64,000 nucleotides of DNA from Bacteroidetes bacterium GWF2_49_14 (GTDB lineage: Bacteria > Bacteroidota > Bacteroidia > Bacteroidales > UBA12481): assembly GCA_001769295.1 (NCBI GenBank), contig MEOR01000081.1, positions 40,633 through 104,632 on the forward strand, read 5' to 3'. This document shows positions 17,145 to 26,498 of this stretch, one piece after another (the stretch's first letter is position 1; each line of letters starts with the position of its first letter). The notes under the pieces were generated by a model. The model was not told the origin of the DNA and searched no databases. It saw only the letters and a program-made list of their open reading frames with translations. Made by a program: the position numbers and the translations under genes.

Positions 17145-19733
17145 TCAGCGGATATTCAGATCTGCCTTAACAATAGTTCCCTGCCCCTGGATGGTTAAAA
17201 GATAATCACCGGGAGCAGGGAATTTTATTTCCGGCATAGGATACAAGCCGGTATCTTCCTTGAAACTGATAACGTGATTCCAGCTCCAGCGGTTAATTCC
17301 TGTTTCCGCCTCAAAACGTGTACTGAAGATTTCTTTATCTTTCTGATCGGTGAGGATTATCACCATGGATCCGGCGGTTGGCTGATACCAGTAGACCTCA
17401 GAATCGGCAGATGTAAGCCAGTTAAGATCACCCTGAAAGTCCTTTTGCGCCGGCAGCTTCCCACTTTTGAGGGCTAGGAAACCCGCTTCACCAGGTGCAA
17501 TGGACTTGTAAAAGCGCCTCACCGGTTCTGCAAACAGCGTAAAAAGGCTTAGACCGTGCGTGGCAGCGACCAAAAATCCGTTGTCTCCTGCCCAGGCAAG
17601 TTTCTGAACACTAGCTGTGGGAAGCGTGGCACTCAGTGAAGTCCAGGTATTACCCCGGTTGGCAGAAACGAAGACCCCGCGATCCGTGCCAATATAGATA
17701 AGGTCCTGCATAACCGGATCTTCAAGAATATAATTAACCCTGTCAACCGGTAAGCCTCTTGAAATGGACTTCCAATTTACCCCTTTGTTTTCTGATATAT
17801 ACAGGTAGGGCTTATAATCATCCTCATCCAGGGCTCTCATGGCCAGATAAACGCGTCCCTCCTCATGAACCGACGGCATGATACAGCAGACTGCCTTGAT
17901 CGGCAGGTCATTGCTGATTTCAATCCAATTGATCCCGTCATCCCGGGATACCCAGAGAGCACCTTTCTCAGTACCGGCATACAAAAGCCCCGACTTTACC
18001 GGAGATTCTGCCAGGGCCGTCATTGCACGGCTTTTTCTGAAAGGATCCTCAGAATAGCAAAGATCAGGACTGAGCCTGAACCAGTTATCACCACGGTCAA
18101 TGCTGTGATATACCTTATTAGCTCCATAATACAAGGAGGTAGGGTTGTGTTTTGATATAAACCATGGGGTAAACCAACTGGTTCGGATGGGTGATTCCCC
18201 GGCTTCACTTGAGGGTTGAATAAAACGAGTTTCTCCGGTTCTGATATTCTTCTTATTCAGGTTGCCATTTTGGGAAGTATAATAGCACAGATCCGGATCC
18301 GTGGGATCGGGCATAGAGGTAAAACCATCACCACCCGACCATGGATCGAGCCAAACGTATTCCCAGCCTTCCGGTGCGCTGCCCGGAACCACAGAATTAA
18401 GCGGACCCTTGATACAGGAATTATCCTGGGTTCCGCCATAAGCTACGGGTACCTCCGGACGGTTGTCAACAATCAGATCATAAAATTCACCAGTGGGTAT
18501 GTTGTTGCAATGCAGCCAGTTCCGGCCGCCATCGTGACTTATGTATATGCCGCCGTCATTTCCCAGGATCAGGTTTTCGGGGTTGAAAGGATCCAGGTAT
18601 AGATCGTGATTATCCAGATGCAATGCAGTGCCCTTATTGGGAATAAGATGTGTAACCTGCCCTCCGAGCTTCGTAAAAGTCTTGCCTCCGTCATGGGACT
18701 GAAGGGTATGAACCCCAAGAACATACACCTTATTCCGGTCATGTGGGGAAACCCTGATATCACCAAACGCCCAGCCGAACCCGGAGTAAATGTCAAGGGA
18801 AGTGGAATGTGTTCTTTTCCAAGTTTTTCCGCTATCATCAGACCTGTAAACTTCGGCTCCGATCAGTTTTTCGTCTCCGCCGGTTTTTAGTGTGTTCCTG
18901 TTATCGATTACGGCATAAACCACATTCGGATGAGACGGGCTGATCGATAGTCCTATCCTGCCGATACCCTCATTTACAGGAAATCCTGATTCACACTTTT
19001 CCCATGTGGCGCCGTAGTTTTCCGAACGGAAGATTGCCGAGCGCTGACCCTGAATCATTTCCCAGGAGGCGGCAATTATAATTTTATGTACCGGATCCCA
19101 CACTACATCCACAATACCAACACTATCGGAAATGTGAAGAATCTTCTCCCATGAGTCGCCGCCATTCCGGCTGAGAAACAGCCCCCGCTCCGCATTTGGG
19201 GACCACATGTGGCCAATGCAGGCGGCAAAAACAAGGTTCGCATCGTTTGGATCAACCACGACACGACCAATATGGTGGCTGTCTGGCAAGCCTTTTTGCG
19301 TCCAGGTCTTTCCCCCATTAACAGATTTGTAGATTCCGGTTCCGGTATAGGTATAACCCCGGGTAGCCCTCAGATTCTCACCTGTACCCAGATAGAGAAT
19401 TTCAGGATTTGAGGGGGCAACTGCAATATCACCAATGCTGAAGGTGGCCTGATCTTTGAAAATGCATGCCCAATGAAGTCCCTGGTCGGTTGTTTTCCAT
19501 AAACTTCCCGATCCGAATCCGGCATAAATGACACCCGGCTGGTCGGGGGGGCAATCAATCGATTCAATTCTTCCGCCTTGAAAGGAGGGACCTGCCGGTA
19601 CCCATTCCAGCTTTTTGAAGACAGAGGCGTCCTCCATTTTTTGTACCTCTGAATAAGTTTCGAGTGGATTCTGGGCTGTCAGCATAACAGGGCTGACCAG
19701 CACCCAAATAAGCAGACTGACCTTTCTAATCAT
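17145..19733 (-). CDS. Secreted BNR/Asp-box repeat protein (sortilin-VPS10 / GH74-like double beta-propeller)
   Basis: 862 aa, signal peptide. At least 11 S-x-D-x-G-x-T-W-type boxes, including TTDQGLHW, SVNGGKTW, SRNGGDSW, SENYGATW, SDDSGKTW, SHDGGKTF, SHDGGRNW, SIDRGDNW, SRDDGINW, SENKGVNW and SANRGNTW. Confidence 0.7.
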   Translation of the reverse strand: MIRKVSLLIWVLVSPVMLTAQNPLETYSEVQKMEDASVFKKLEWVPAGPSFQGGRIESIDCPPDQPGVIYAGFGSGSLWKTTDQGLHWACIFKDQATFSIGDIAVAPSNPEILYLGTGENLRATRGYTYTGTGIYKSVNGGKTWTQKGLPDSHHIGRVVVDPNDANLVFAACIGHMWSPNAERGLFLSRNGGDSWEKILHISDSVGIVDVVWDPVHKIIIAASWEMIQGQRSAIFRSENYGATWEKCESGFPVNEGIGRIGLSISPSHPNVVYAVIDNRNTLKTGGDEKLIGAEVYRSDDSGKTWKRTHSTSLDIYSGFGWAFGDIRVSPHDRNKVYVLGVHTLQSHDGGKTFTKLGGQVTHLIPNKGTALHLDNHDLYLDPFNPENLILGNDGGIYISHDGGRNWLHCNNIPTGEFYDLIVDNRPEVPVAYGGTQDNSCIKGPLNSVVPGSAPEGWEYVWLDPWSGGDGFTSMPDPTDPDLCYYTSQNGNLNKKNIRTGETRFIQPSSEAGESPIRTSWFTPWFISKHNPTSLYYGANKVYHSIDRGDNWFRLSPDLCYSEDPFRKSRAMTALAESPVKSGLLYAGTEKGALWVSRDDGINWIEISNDLPIKAVCCIMPSVHEEGRVYLAMRALDEDDYKPYLYISENKGVNWKSISRGLPVDRVNYILEDPVMQDLIYIGTDRGVFVSANRGNTWTSLSATLPTASVQKLAWAGDNGFLVAATHGLSLFTLFAEPVRRFYKSIAPGEAGFLALKSGKLPAQKDFQGDLNWLTSADSEVYWYQPTAGSMVIILTDQKDKEIFSTRFEAETGINRWSWNHVISFKEDTGLYPMPEIKFPAPGDYLLTIQGQGTIVKADLNIR

Positions 19734-19744
19734 GATAAAGTGTT

Positions 19745-20782
19745 TTATCTTATCAAAAAACCTTTCCGGAGGGGATCTACAGGATCAAAAAAGAATTCGT
19801 GGCGACCGGTAAAGCTGGCTGTTCCTGAAACTTCGGGAATTACAGCCTCATAAGGTCCAAAGGTTACAGTATCGACAATTTCAACGGTCATTGTAGTTCC
19901 GATGATACTCTCAATGGTTACCGCATGTCCTGGCTTAAGTTCGCCTTTCAGATAATGAAGTGCCGCCCGTGCCGAAACACCCGATCCTGTTGGCGACCGG
20001 TCAACCTCCCCGTCTGCAAAAACACAGACGTTGCGGCTATGGTTTGCCTGATTCTCAGGTGATCCGGTAAAAATAGTGCCATACAGGAAGCTTAAATCTT
20101 CTTCGATAGGATGTGTAATGGGAAATTCATTCATAACCGCATGCTTTATTCTACGGCCAAAATCGATCAAACGGGTATAGTCGGACGAGCCCAGGTTTAA
20201 TCCGAGAGCCTCAGCATCGACAAATGCATAGAAAGCTCCACCATAGGCTACGTCGAAATGAACCTTGCCTATTCCGGAAACCTGGATCGTTTTATTTTCC
20301 ATCAGCACAAAGCTTGGTACATTTTGAAAAAAGGACCTTACAACTTTTCCCCGGTGTATTTCAGCATGTGCTGTAATCCTCCCCGGAGGTGCATCTATCT
20401 TTAAAACGGTTTTATTACCGGTGACGGAAACCAGACCTGTTTCAACGGCCAATTTGACCAGGGCAATCATGGCATGCCCGCACATCGTGCTATAACCCTC
20501 ATTATGGAGGAAAAAGGTACCAAAATCACCATCAGCGGTCACCGGTGGAGTGATAACTGCACCATACATGTCTGCGTGTCCCCGGGGCTCCCACATCAGG
20601 CCGGTTCTGATATGATCCAGGTGCTCCTTAAAATACCTTCTTTTTTCAAGTATCGTAGAGCCCGGAATATCAGGGAGTCCGCCTGTGATTACCCGCAGGG
20701 GTTCACCTGCTGTATGCATATCCAGAGTCTGGATGCATTGCCAGTTTTCTGGCTGTCGCCATTCAGATAATCTTGAGATCAT
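19745..20782 (-). CDS. Proline racemase superfamily enzyme, Cys/Thr type; predicted trans-3-hydroxy-L-proline dehydratase
   Basis: 345 aa. DMHTAGEPLRVITGG; first catalytic position STMCGHA (Cys); second position DRSPTGSGVSA (Thr where racemases/epimerases have DRSPCGTG). Confidence 0.7.
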   Translation of the reverse strand: MISRLSEWRQPENWQCIQTLDMHTAGEPLRVITGGLPDIPGSTILEKRRYFKEHLDHIRTGLMWEPRGHADMYGAVITPPVTADGDFGTFFLHNEGYSTMCGHAMIALVKLAVETGLVSVTGNKTVLKIDAPPGRITAHAEIHRGKVVRSFFQNVPSFVLMENKTIQVSGIGKVHFDVAYGGAFYAFVDAEALGLNLGSSDYTRLIDFGRRIKHAVMNEFPITHPIEEDLSFLYGTIFTGSPENQANHSRNVCVFADGEVDRSPTGSGVSARAALHYLKGELKPGHAVTIESIIGTTMTVEIVDTVTFGPYEAVIPEVSGTASFTGRHEFFFDPVDPLRKGFLIR

Positions 20783-20786
20783 CCTA

Positions 20787-22169
20787 TTATTGCCTTAATG
20801 CCTCAACTTCTTCGATGCTCTTTGGTTTACGCTTGCCAATAATCCGATATCCGTCAGCCGTGATAACAATGTTTTCTTCATTGCGTACCCCGCTGAAGTT
20901 TTTAAAGTGCCCGATCTTTTCAAAATTCAGAAAATGACCGTTCCTGCCTTCTTTTTGCCACAGATCAATCAGCTCCGGAATGAAATATATCCCCGGCTCG
21001 ATGGTAGCTACAAAACCCGGTTCCATAGGCCTTGCCAGTCTCAGGGACTTCAGCCCGAATTGAGTGCTCTTGGGCTCACCGGCATAGCCGACCCAAACTT
21101 CGCCCAGATCTTCCATATCATGAACATCAAGCCCCATCATGTGTCCTGTTCCGCAGGGAAAGAAGAGGGCATGGGCCCCGGCGGCCAATGCCTCTTCCGT
21201 GTCACCCTTCATCAGGCCAAGATCTTTCATTCCGTTTATAATGGTTCTGCAGGCTGCGTAATGTGCTTCTCTGAAGGGCCTTCCGGGAGCCAGAGTATCA
21301 AGTGCAGCCTGATGAGCCAGGTAGGATAGCTGATACACTTCTTTCTGCCGTCCTGAAAACTTCTTGTCAACCGGAAAGGTACTCGACAGGTCACCGCTGT
21401 AATGCATTTCTGTTTCTGCTCCGCAATCGCACAGGACCAGCTGCCCGGGTTTAAGAATGTTACCATGATAATGATTGTGGAGGGTCTGACCATTGATTGT
21501 CATGATAACCGGAAAGGACAGCTGGCCGCCGCTGGCCAGCGCAACTTCCGTGACTGCAGCAGCAAGTTTTGCCTCTGACATCCCGGGCTGCGCCATTTTC
21601 ATGGCTGTTATATGCATATCTACAGAACTATTTACTGCCTTCTCTATTTCTGCCAGCTCTTCTTCAGTTTTATGATTGCGGAGATTGACAACCCCTTTCA
21701 CCATTTCGGTGGAAGCTTTTTTACCGGCCTCATCAGGGTTAATACCCAGAAGATTCATCAGTTTGATTTTGTTTTCGGGACGGTAGGGAGGCAGAAAGTG
21801 GACAGGACGACCTTTCTTACCTGCCTGGTCCAGGTAATCCTTTAATTGATTGAAAGGCCTGATCTGACCGATTCCAAAGGCCTGGCCCCGCTCAAGGAGA
21901 GTTGGCTGGGTGCCCATCCATACAATGTCCTCAATTGTCAGATCGTTGCCGAACAGGATTTCCTGGTTGTTGTCGACATCAATGACAGCAGCCAATCCGG
22001 CATAATCCATTCCGAAGAAATACAGGAATGTACTGTCCTGACGGAAATGAAAGGTGTTGTCGGCATAATTCATCGGGCTCTCTTCATTACCAAGGAAAAG
22101 CAGTATTCCGGACGGAATGGCTTTGGTAAGGGCTTGACGGCGTTGAATGTAGGTTTTAGCAGGAAACAT
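20787..22169 (-). CDS. pepP: Xaa-Pro aminopeptidase / prolidase (M24B)
   Basis: 460 aa. Aminopeptidase-P N-terminal domain plus a pita-bread fold with metal ligands in the contexts LCDCGAE, GDLSSTF, GTGHMMGLDVHD, EPGIY and VRNEE. Confidence 0.8.
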   Translation of the reverse strand: MFPAKTYIQRRQALTKAIPSGILLFLGNEESPMNYADNTFHFRQDSTFLYFFGMDYAGLAAVIDVDNNQEILFGNDLTIEDIVWMGTQPTLLERGQAFGIGQIRPFNQLKDYLDQAGKKGRPVHFLPPYRPENKIKLMNLLGINPDEAGKKASTEMVKGVVNLRNHKTEEELAEIEKAVNSSVDMHITAMKMAQPGMSEAKLAAAVTEVALASGGQLSFPVIMTINGQTLHNHYHGNILKPGQLVLCDCGAETEMHYSGDLSSTFPVDKKFSGRQKEVYQLSYLAHQAALDTLAPGRPFREAHYAACRTIINGMKDLGLMKGDTEEALAAGAHALFFPCGTGHMMGLDVHDMEDLGEVWVGYAGEPKSTQFGLKSLRLARPMEPGFVATIEPGIYFIPELIDLWQKEGRNGHFLNFEKIGHFKNFSGVRNEENIVITADGYRIIGKRKPKSIEEVEALRQ

Positions 22170-22264
22170 ATGTGTTAACTTTAGATTAATAGGGTCAATA
22201 TAGGCATATTTCGTCTCGACAAGATGCGGTTTTTGCCTAAATTTGTCACCTAAATTATTCCAGA

Positions 22265-23293
22265 ATGAAGAATACCCGGGGATTTGCCAGTGATAACAAT
22301 GCAGGGGTTCATCCGGAAATTATGGCCGCAATCCAAAATTGCAATTCCGGACATGAAGTTGGCTATGGCGATGATCCCTATACCAGGAAGGCAGAAGAAC
22401 AAATCAACCTTTTTTTTGGTCAGGATACGGAAGTTTTTTTTGTATTCAATGGAACAGCTGCCAATGTGGTGGGGCTGCGCAATATGACACAGTCATATAA
22501 CTCGATCATATGTGCTGAATCAGCCCATATCCAGGAGGATGAATGCGGCGCCCCGGAAATGTTTACCGGGTGTAAGCTGATCCCACTGGAGACTCATCAG
22601 GGAAAGTTAACGGTTGAATCCATTATTCCGCATGTTAAGGGAATTGGTTTCGAGCACCATTCTCAACCAAGGGTTGTCAGCATAACCCAGGCTACGGAAT
22701 TGGGAACGGTCTATTCCACTGCGGAAATCCGGACCATAGCCGATTATGTCCACAGTAAGAATATGCTGCTTCACATGGACGGTGCGCGAATTGCAAATGC
22801 TGCGGTCTCGCTCGGAATATCCCTGCGGGAAACTACACGCGATGCGGGTGTTGATGTCCTTTCTTTCGGCGGCACCAAGAACGGGGCTATGTACGGAGAA
22901 GCCATACTACTTTTCACACCGGGGCTCAGCTCTGCGTTTAAGTACATACGCAAGCAATCCATGCAGCTTGCATCAAAGATGAGATATATTGCAGTTCAGT
23001 TTGAAGCGTTGCTTACGAATGACCTGTGGCTAAGGAATGCATCCCATGCGAATGCTATGGCACGGATTCTGGCTGAAAAAGCAGGCAATATTCCCGGCGT
23101 GGAAATTACCCGCCCGGTTGACGCCAATGGCGTATTCGCTGTTATTCCGGAACGCATGATTGTTCCGCTTCAGGATGAATTCTTCTTTTACATATGGGAC
23201 GAAAAGGCACACGAGGTCAGATGGATGACCTCCTGGGATACAACCGAACAGGATATCGATAAGTTTGTCCATCTGATAAGGAGCCTAGCATAA
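22265..23293 (+). CDS. ltaE: Low-specificity L-threonine aldolase
   Basis: 342 aa. FASDNNAGVHPEIMAAI, NGTAANVVGL and SFGGTKNGAMYGEA (PLP-Lys context) are typical of the beta-eliminating lyase / threonine aldolase family. Confidence 0.8.
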   Translation: MKNTRGFASDNNAGVHPEIMAAIQNCNSGHEVGYGDDPYTRKAEEQINLFFGQDTEVFFVFNGTAANVVGLRNMTQSYNSIICAESAHIQEDECGAPEMFTGCKLIPLETHQGKLTVESIIPHVKGIGFEHHSQPRVVSITQATELGTVYSTAEIRTIADYVHSKNMLLHMDGARIANAAVSLGISLRETTRDAGVDVLSFGGTKNGAMYGEAILLFTPGLSSAFKYIRKQSMQLASKMRYIAVQFEALLTNDLWLRNASHANAMARILAEKAGNIPGVEITRPVDANGVFAVIPERMIVPLQDEFFFYIWDEKAHEVRWMTSWDTTEQDIDKFVHLIRSLA

Positions 23294-24024
23294 TGGCCGG
23301 TTCGATTGACGTATCCATACGGAGGCTTTTTCTGAGCATGTTTTTCCCGGTTCTTTTTTTGCTTTTCGTTTGGATCGTATTCATTTCAGATCATGCTCTG
23401 GACCTGGAAATATTTTACCACGGCCTCTATCCGAGAAAGTTGAGCGGATTGCAAGGCATTCTTTTGGCACCGCTAATACATGGGGGACTCAGGCATATTT
23501 TCGCAAACAGTTTACCCCTTTTTGCACTGGGATCCCTCCTGTTTTACTTTTATCCCACCCTGGCATTCAGGGTATCCCTGGCCAGCTACCTGCTCCCTGG
23601 TATTGCAGTATGGCTGGTTGGCAGATCTTCTTACCACATTGGAGCCAGTGGAATCATATATAGCCTGGCCGCATTTCTCTTCCTTAGCGGTTTACTGAGG
23701 CATCACCTCGGCCTCATGGCCGTCTCCCTTCTGGTCGTGGTCCAATACGGGACCATGGTATGGGGTGTACTGCCCCTTCAGGAAGGAGTATCATGGGAGT
23801 CTCACCTGGCTGGCATGGTTACCGGTTTAGGCCTTGCCGGCCTTTACAGGAACAAAGGGCCTAAAGGGTATCTAACCTATGCCCAAAGTATGGGACTCTT
23901 TTCGTCAAATATTTCAGATAATGAGGCTGCTGAGCGTGTTCCCTGGGACGAATATGAAGTAGAAGGGCCACTTAAGCCAGTTCCACCCCAAACTGAGCAT
24001 AATACCGAAGAGGTAAACAATTAG
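23293..24024 (+). CDS. Rhomboid-family intramembrane serine protease
   Basis: 243 aa. TAATG overlap with ltaE. Six TM segments, with GASGIIYS (GxSG) and SHLAGMVTGLG (His motif). Confidence 0.75.
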   Translation: MAGSIDVSIRRLFLSMFFPVLFLLFVWIVFISDHALDLEIFYHGLYPRKLSGLQGILLAPLIHGGLRHIFANSLPLFALGSLLFYFYPTLAFRVSLASYLLPGIAVWLVGRSSYHIGASGIIYSLAAFLFLSGLLRHHLGLMAVSLLVVVQYGTMVWGVLPLQEGVSWESHLAGMVTGLGLAGLYRNKGPKGYLTYAQSMGLFSSNISDNEAAERVPWDEYEVEGPLKPVPPQTEHNTEEVNN

Positions 24025-24061
24025 CTGCAAATAAACGTTGTCATATTTATTCCCAAAAAAA

Positions 24062-25159
24062 ATGAGACCAAGAATCCTGATCTTTCTGTTTGTTTTAGTG
24101 TCTGCCAGCCTGACCCTTCAAGCCGGTTTACCAGCGAAGAGACCCGCAAAACCAGTAAAAAACATTATTCTTTTAATTGGTGACGGGATGGGGGTATCCG
24201 AGGTCTATGCCGGATATACCTACCAAAAAGGATCCTTGAACATGATGCGATTCAGGACAGCAGGTTTTTCAGTCACCTATTCAACTTCATATATTACGGA
24301 TTCTGGTGCCGGAGGTACAGCGCTCGCTACCGGTTATAAAACCTATAACGGTGCAATCGGTGTGGATTCCACGGGTCAACCGGTAAAAACAATTCTTGAA
24401 TGGGCAGAGGAGAAAGGTAAAGCGACCGGTTTAGTTGCAACGTGCGCCATAACCCATGCAACACCGGCCAGTTTTATCTCTCATCAGGCCAGAAGGTCTG
24501 ATTATGAGTTAATTGCTTCTGATTTTTTAAAGACCGATGTAGATGTGTTCATTGGCGGAGGTCGTAATCATTTTGCAAAAAGAAAGGACAGTGTGGATCT
24601 TACGAGGCAATTGATTGAAAAAGGTTATACTATGGCCTATACTCTGGAGGAGTTGGGTGGTATTGCTAAAGGACCGGTTGGAGCACTTCTGGCACCGGAG
24701 CATCTGCCAAAAATAAGCGAAGGCCGTGGTAACCAGCTTACTGAATCCGTCAATCAGGCCATAAGGTTTTTATCCGCCGACCCTGATGGATTTTTTCTCA
24801 TGGTTGAAGGCTCCCAGATCGACTGGGGGGGACATGCCAATGATATAAAGTATATTGTAGAGGAGGTAGCCGATTTTGACAATGCTGTCGGGGCGGCCTT
24901 GGATTTCGCAGAGAAGAACCCGGAAACCCTTATAATTGTGACCGCGGATCATGAAACCGGAGGATTGGCACTCGCCGGAGGGAAATTATCCACCGGCCAG
25001 GTTACTGGCTCTTTTACCACAACGGACCATACCGGGGTGATGGTTCCTGTTTTTGCCTACGGACCATTCAGTGAGACTTTTGGCGGAATGCAACAAAACA
25101 CTGAGATTTTCAGTAAAATGATGAATGCTTTTGGATTCATCAAATCAAAAACCAACTAA
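24062..25159 (+). CDS. phoA: Alkaline phosphatase (PhoA family)
   Basis: ORF 24038..25159, ATG at 24062 (MRPRILIFLFVLVSASLTLQA signal peptide). LLIGDGMGVS, ITDSGAGGTALATG (nucleophile Ser in place of the usual DSA), EGSQIDWGGHAN and TADHETGG. Confidence 0.85.
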   Translation: MRPRILIFLFVLVSASLTLQAGLPAKRPAKPVKNIILLIGDGMGVSEVYAGYTYQKGSLNMMRFRTAGFSVTYSTSYITDSGAGGTALATGYKTYNGAIGVDSTGQPVKTILEWAEEKGKATGLVATCAITHATPASFISHQARRSDYELIASDFLKTDVDVFIGGGRNHFAKRKDSVDLTRQLIEKGYTMAYTLEELGGIAKGPVGALLAPEHLPKISEGRGNQLTESVNQAIRFLSADPDGFFLMVEGSQIDWGGHANDIKYIVEEVADFDNAVGAALDFAEKNPETLIIVTADHETGGLALAGGKLSTGQVTGSFTTTDHTGVMVPVFAYGPFSETFGGMQQNTEIFSKMMNAFGFIKSKTN

Positions 25160-25162
25160 ATC

Positions 25163-25549
25163 ATGTCATCCAGAACTAAAGATAAAGCCATAGCACTGGT
25201 AGCACATAATGAAAAGAAAAATGCGCTGCTCGAGTGGGCGAAAACCAATCGGGAAGAGCTTATGAAGCATAGGTTGATTGGTACAACCAACACGTCCAGG
25301 TTGCTGAATTCGGTTCTTGAAATGAATGTTGAATCTTTCGGTCACGGACCTTCCGGAGGGGACATACTGCTTGCAGCCAAAATCCTACAGAATGAAGTTG
25401 ACAAACTGATATTTTTCGTAGACCTTCAGAATCCGCACGGTCACGAGCATGATATTCAGACGCTGATCAGGACAGCCACCATCAATAACGTTCCGATTGC
25501 TCTGAACCCTGCTACGGCAACCCTGATAATTTATGAGTGTAAGCAATAG
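25163..25549 (+). CDS. mgsA: Methylglyoxal synthase
   Basis: 128 aa. IALVAHNEKK, LIGTTNTS, GPSGGDILLAAKI, LIFFVDLQNPHGHEHD and NVPIALN align with the E. coli MgsA pattern. Confidence 0.85.
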   Translation: MSSRTKDKAIALVAHNEKKNALLEWAKTNREELMKHRLIGTTNTSRLLNSVLEMNVESFGHGPSGGDILLAAKILQNEVDKLIFFVDLQNPHGHEHDIQTLIRTATINNVPIALNPATATLIIYECKQ

Positions 25550-26498
25550 GAACGGTATTCCTTTTGCATGGGGCACCTCCCGGCCTTTCAATGATCAGTC
25601 GGGTTATTTAAAACGGTTGTTTGGCTGCCGGATACAGAAACTCTCTGTCGATGCTGGATTTACATGCCCCAACCGCGATGGCTCCAAAGGATCGGGAGGC
25701 TGCACGTTCTGCAATAACAGCTCTTTCAGTCCCTCCTATTGCGGACCTGGCCATTCCGTTACAGAACAACTTCGAATGGGGATGGCATTTTTCTCTGGTA
25801 AATACCCTGACAATATGTATCTGGCATATTTTCAGGCATATACGAATACATATGCCCCAAAAGAAAGGCTGATTCCATTGTATGAGGAAGCACTTTCCCA
25901 GCCCGGTATCGCCGGTCTGGTGATTGGTACTCGTCCGGATTGCGTGGATGAGTCTTTACTGGATTATTTTGCTGAACTTTCTCAATCGGTTTATGTTTCC
26001 ATTGAATACGGCATCGAATCGACAAAAGAGTCAACGTTGATCAGGATTAACCGCGGTCATTCATACACCGATTCAGTTGACGCCATCAATGCAACGGCCA
26101 GCCGCGGCATTCATACGGGAGGCCACCTTATTGTAGGATTGCCAGGTGAGGTCGAGCAGGATATTCTGGAACATATTAACAGGATCAATCAACTGCCGGT
26201 TACTATGATAAAATTTCATCAATTGCAGATCATCAGGGGAACGGTCATGGAAAAAGAGTATACGGATCACCCTGGGGATTTTATCCGTTTCACCGTTGAT
26301 TCGTATATTGATTTGATTATCAGGCTGCTTGAGATTCTTCGACCGGATATCGTTGTTGAGCGGTTCGCCAGTGTGGCACCACCGGCATTGATTTCAACGC
26401 AGCGTTGGGGTTTAAAGAATTTTGAATTGGTAGCCAGGCTTGAGAGGGAGATGATTAACCGTAAAACCTGGCAAGGCCGTCTCTTTACTCTGGATTAA
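25533..26498 (+). CDS. Radical SAM protein, TIGR01212 family
   Basis: 321 aa. Begins KLSVDAGFTCPNRDGSKGSGGCTFCNN, the signature start of this family. 17-nt overlap with mgsA. Confidence 0.8.
   Translation: MSVSNRNGIPFAWGTSRPFNDQSGYLKRLFGCRIQKLSVDAGFTCPNRDGSKGSGGCTFCNNSSFSPSYCGPGHSVTEQLRMGMAFFSGKYPDNMYLAYFQAYTNTYAPKERLIPLYEEALSQPGIAGLVIGTRPDCVDESLLDYFAELSQSVYVSIEYGIESTKESTLIRINRGHSYTDSVDAINATASRGIHTGGHLIVGLPGEVEQDILEHINRINQLPVTMIKFHQLQIIRGTVMEKEYTDHPGDFIRFTVDSYIDLIIRLLEILRPDIVVERFASVAPPALISTQRWGLKNFELVARLEREMINRKTWQGRLFTLD

Noticed and set aside
19540-19550. G7/C7 homopolymer tracts (also near 24829 and 46256), considered as phase-variation switches
   Set aside because: They are short (7 nt), in-frame in conserved coding sequence (PPD, DWGGH and WGGP contexts) and not near gene starts. 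Nothing suggests slipped-strand regulation.
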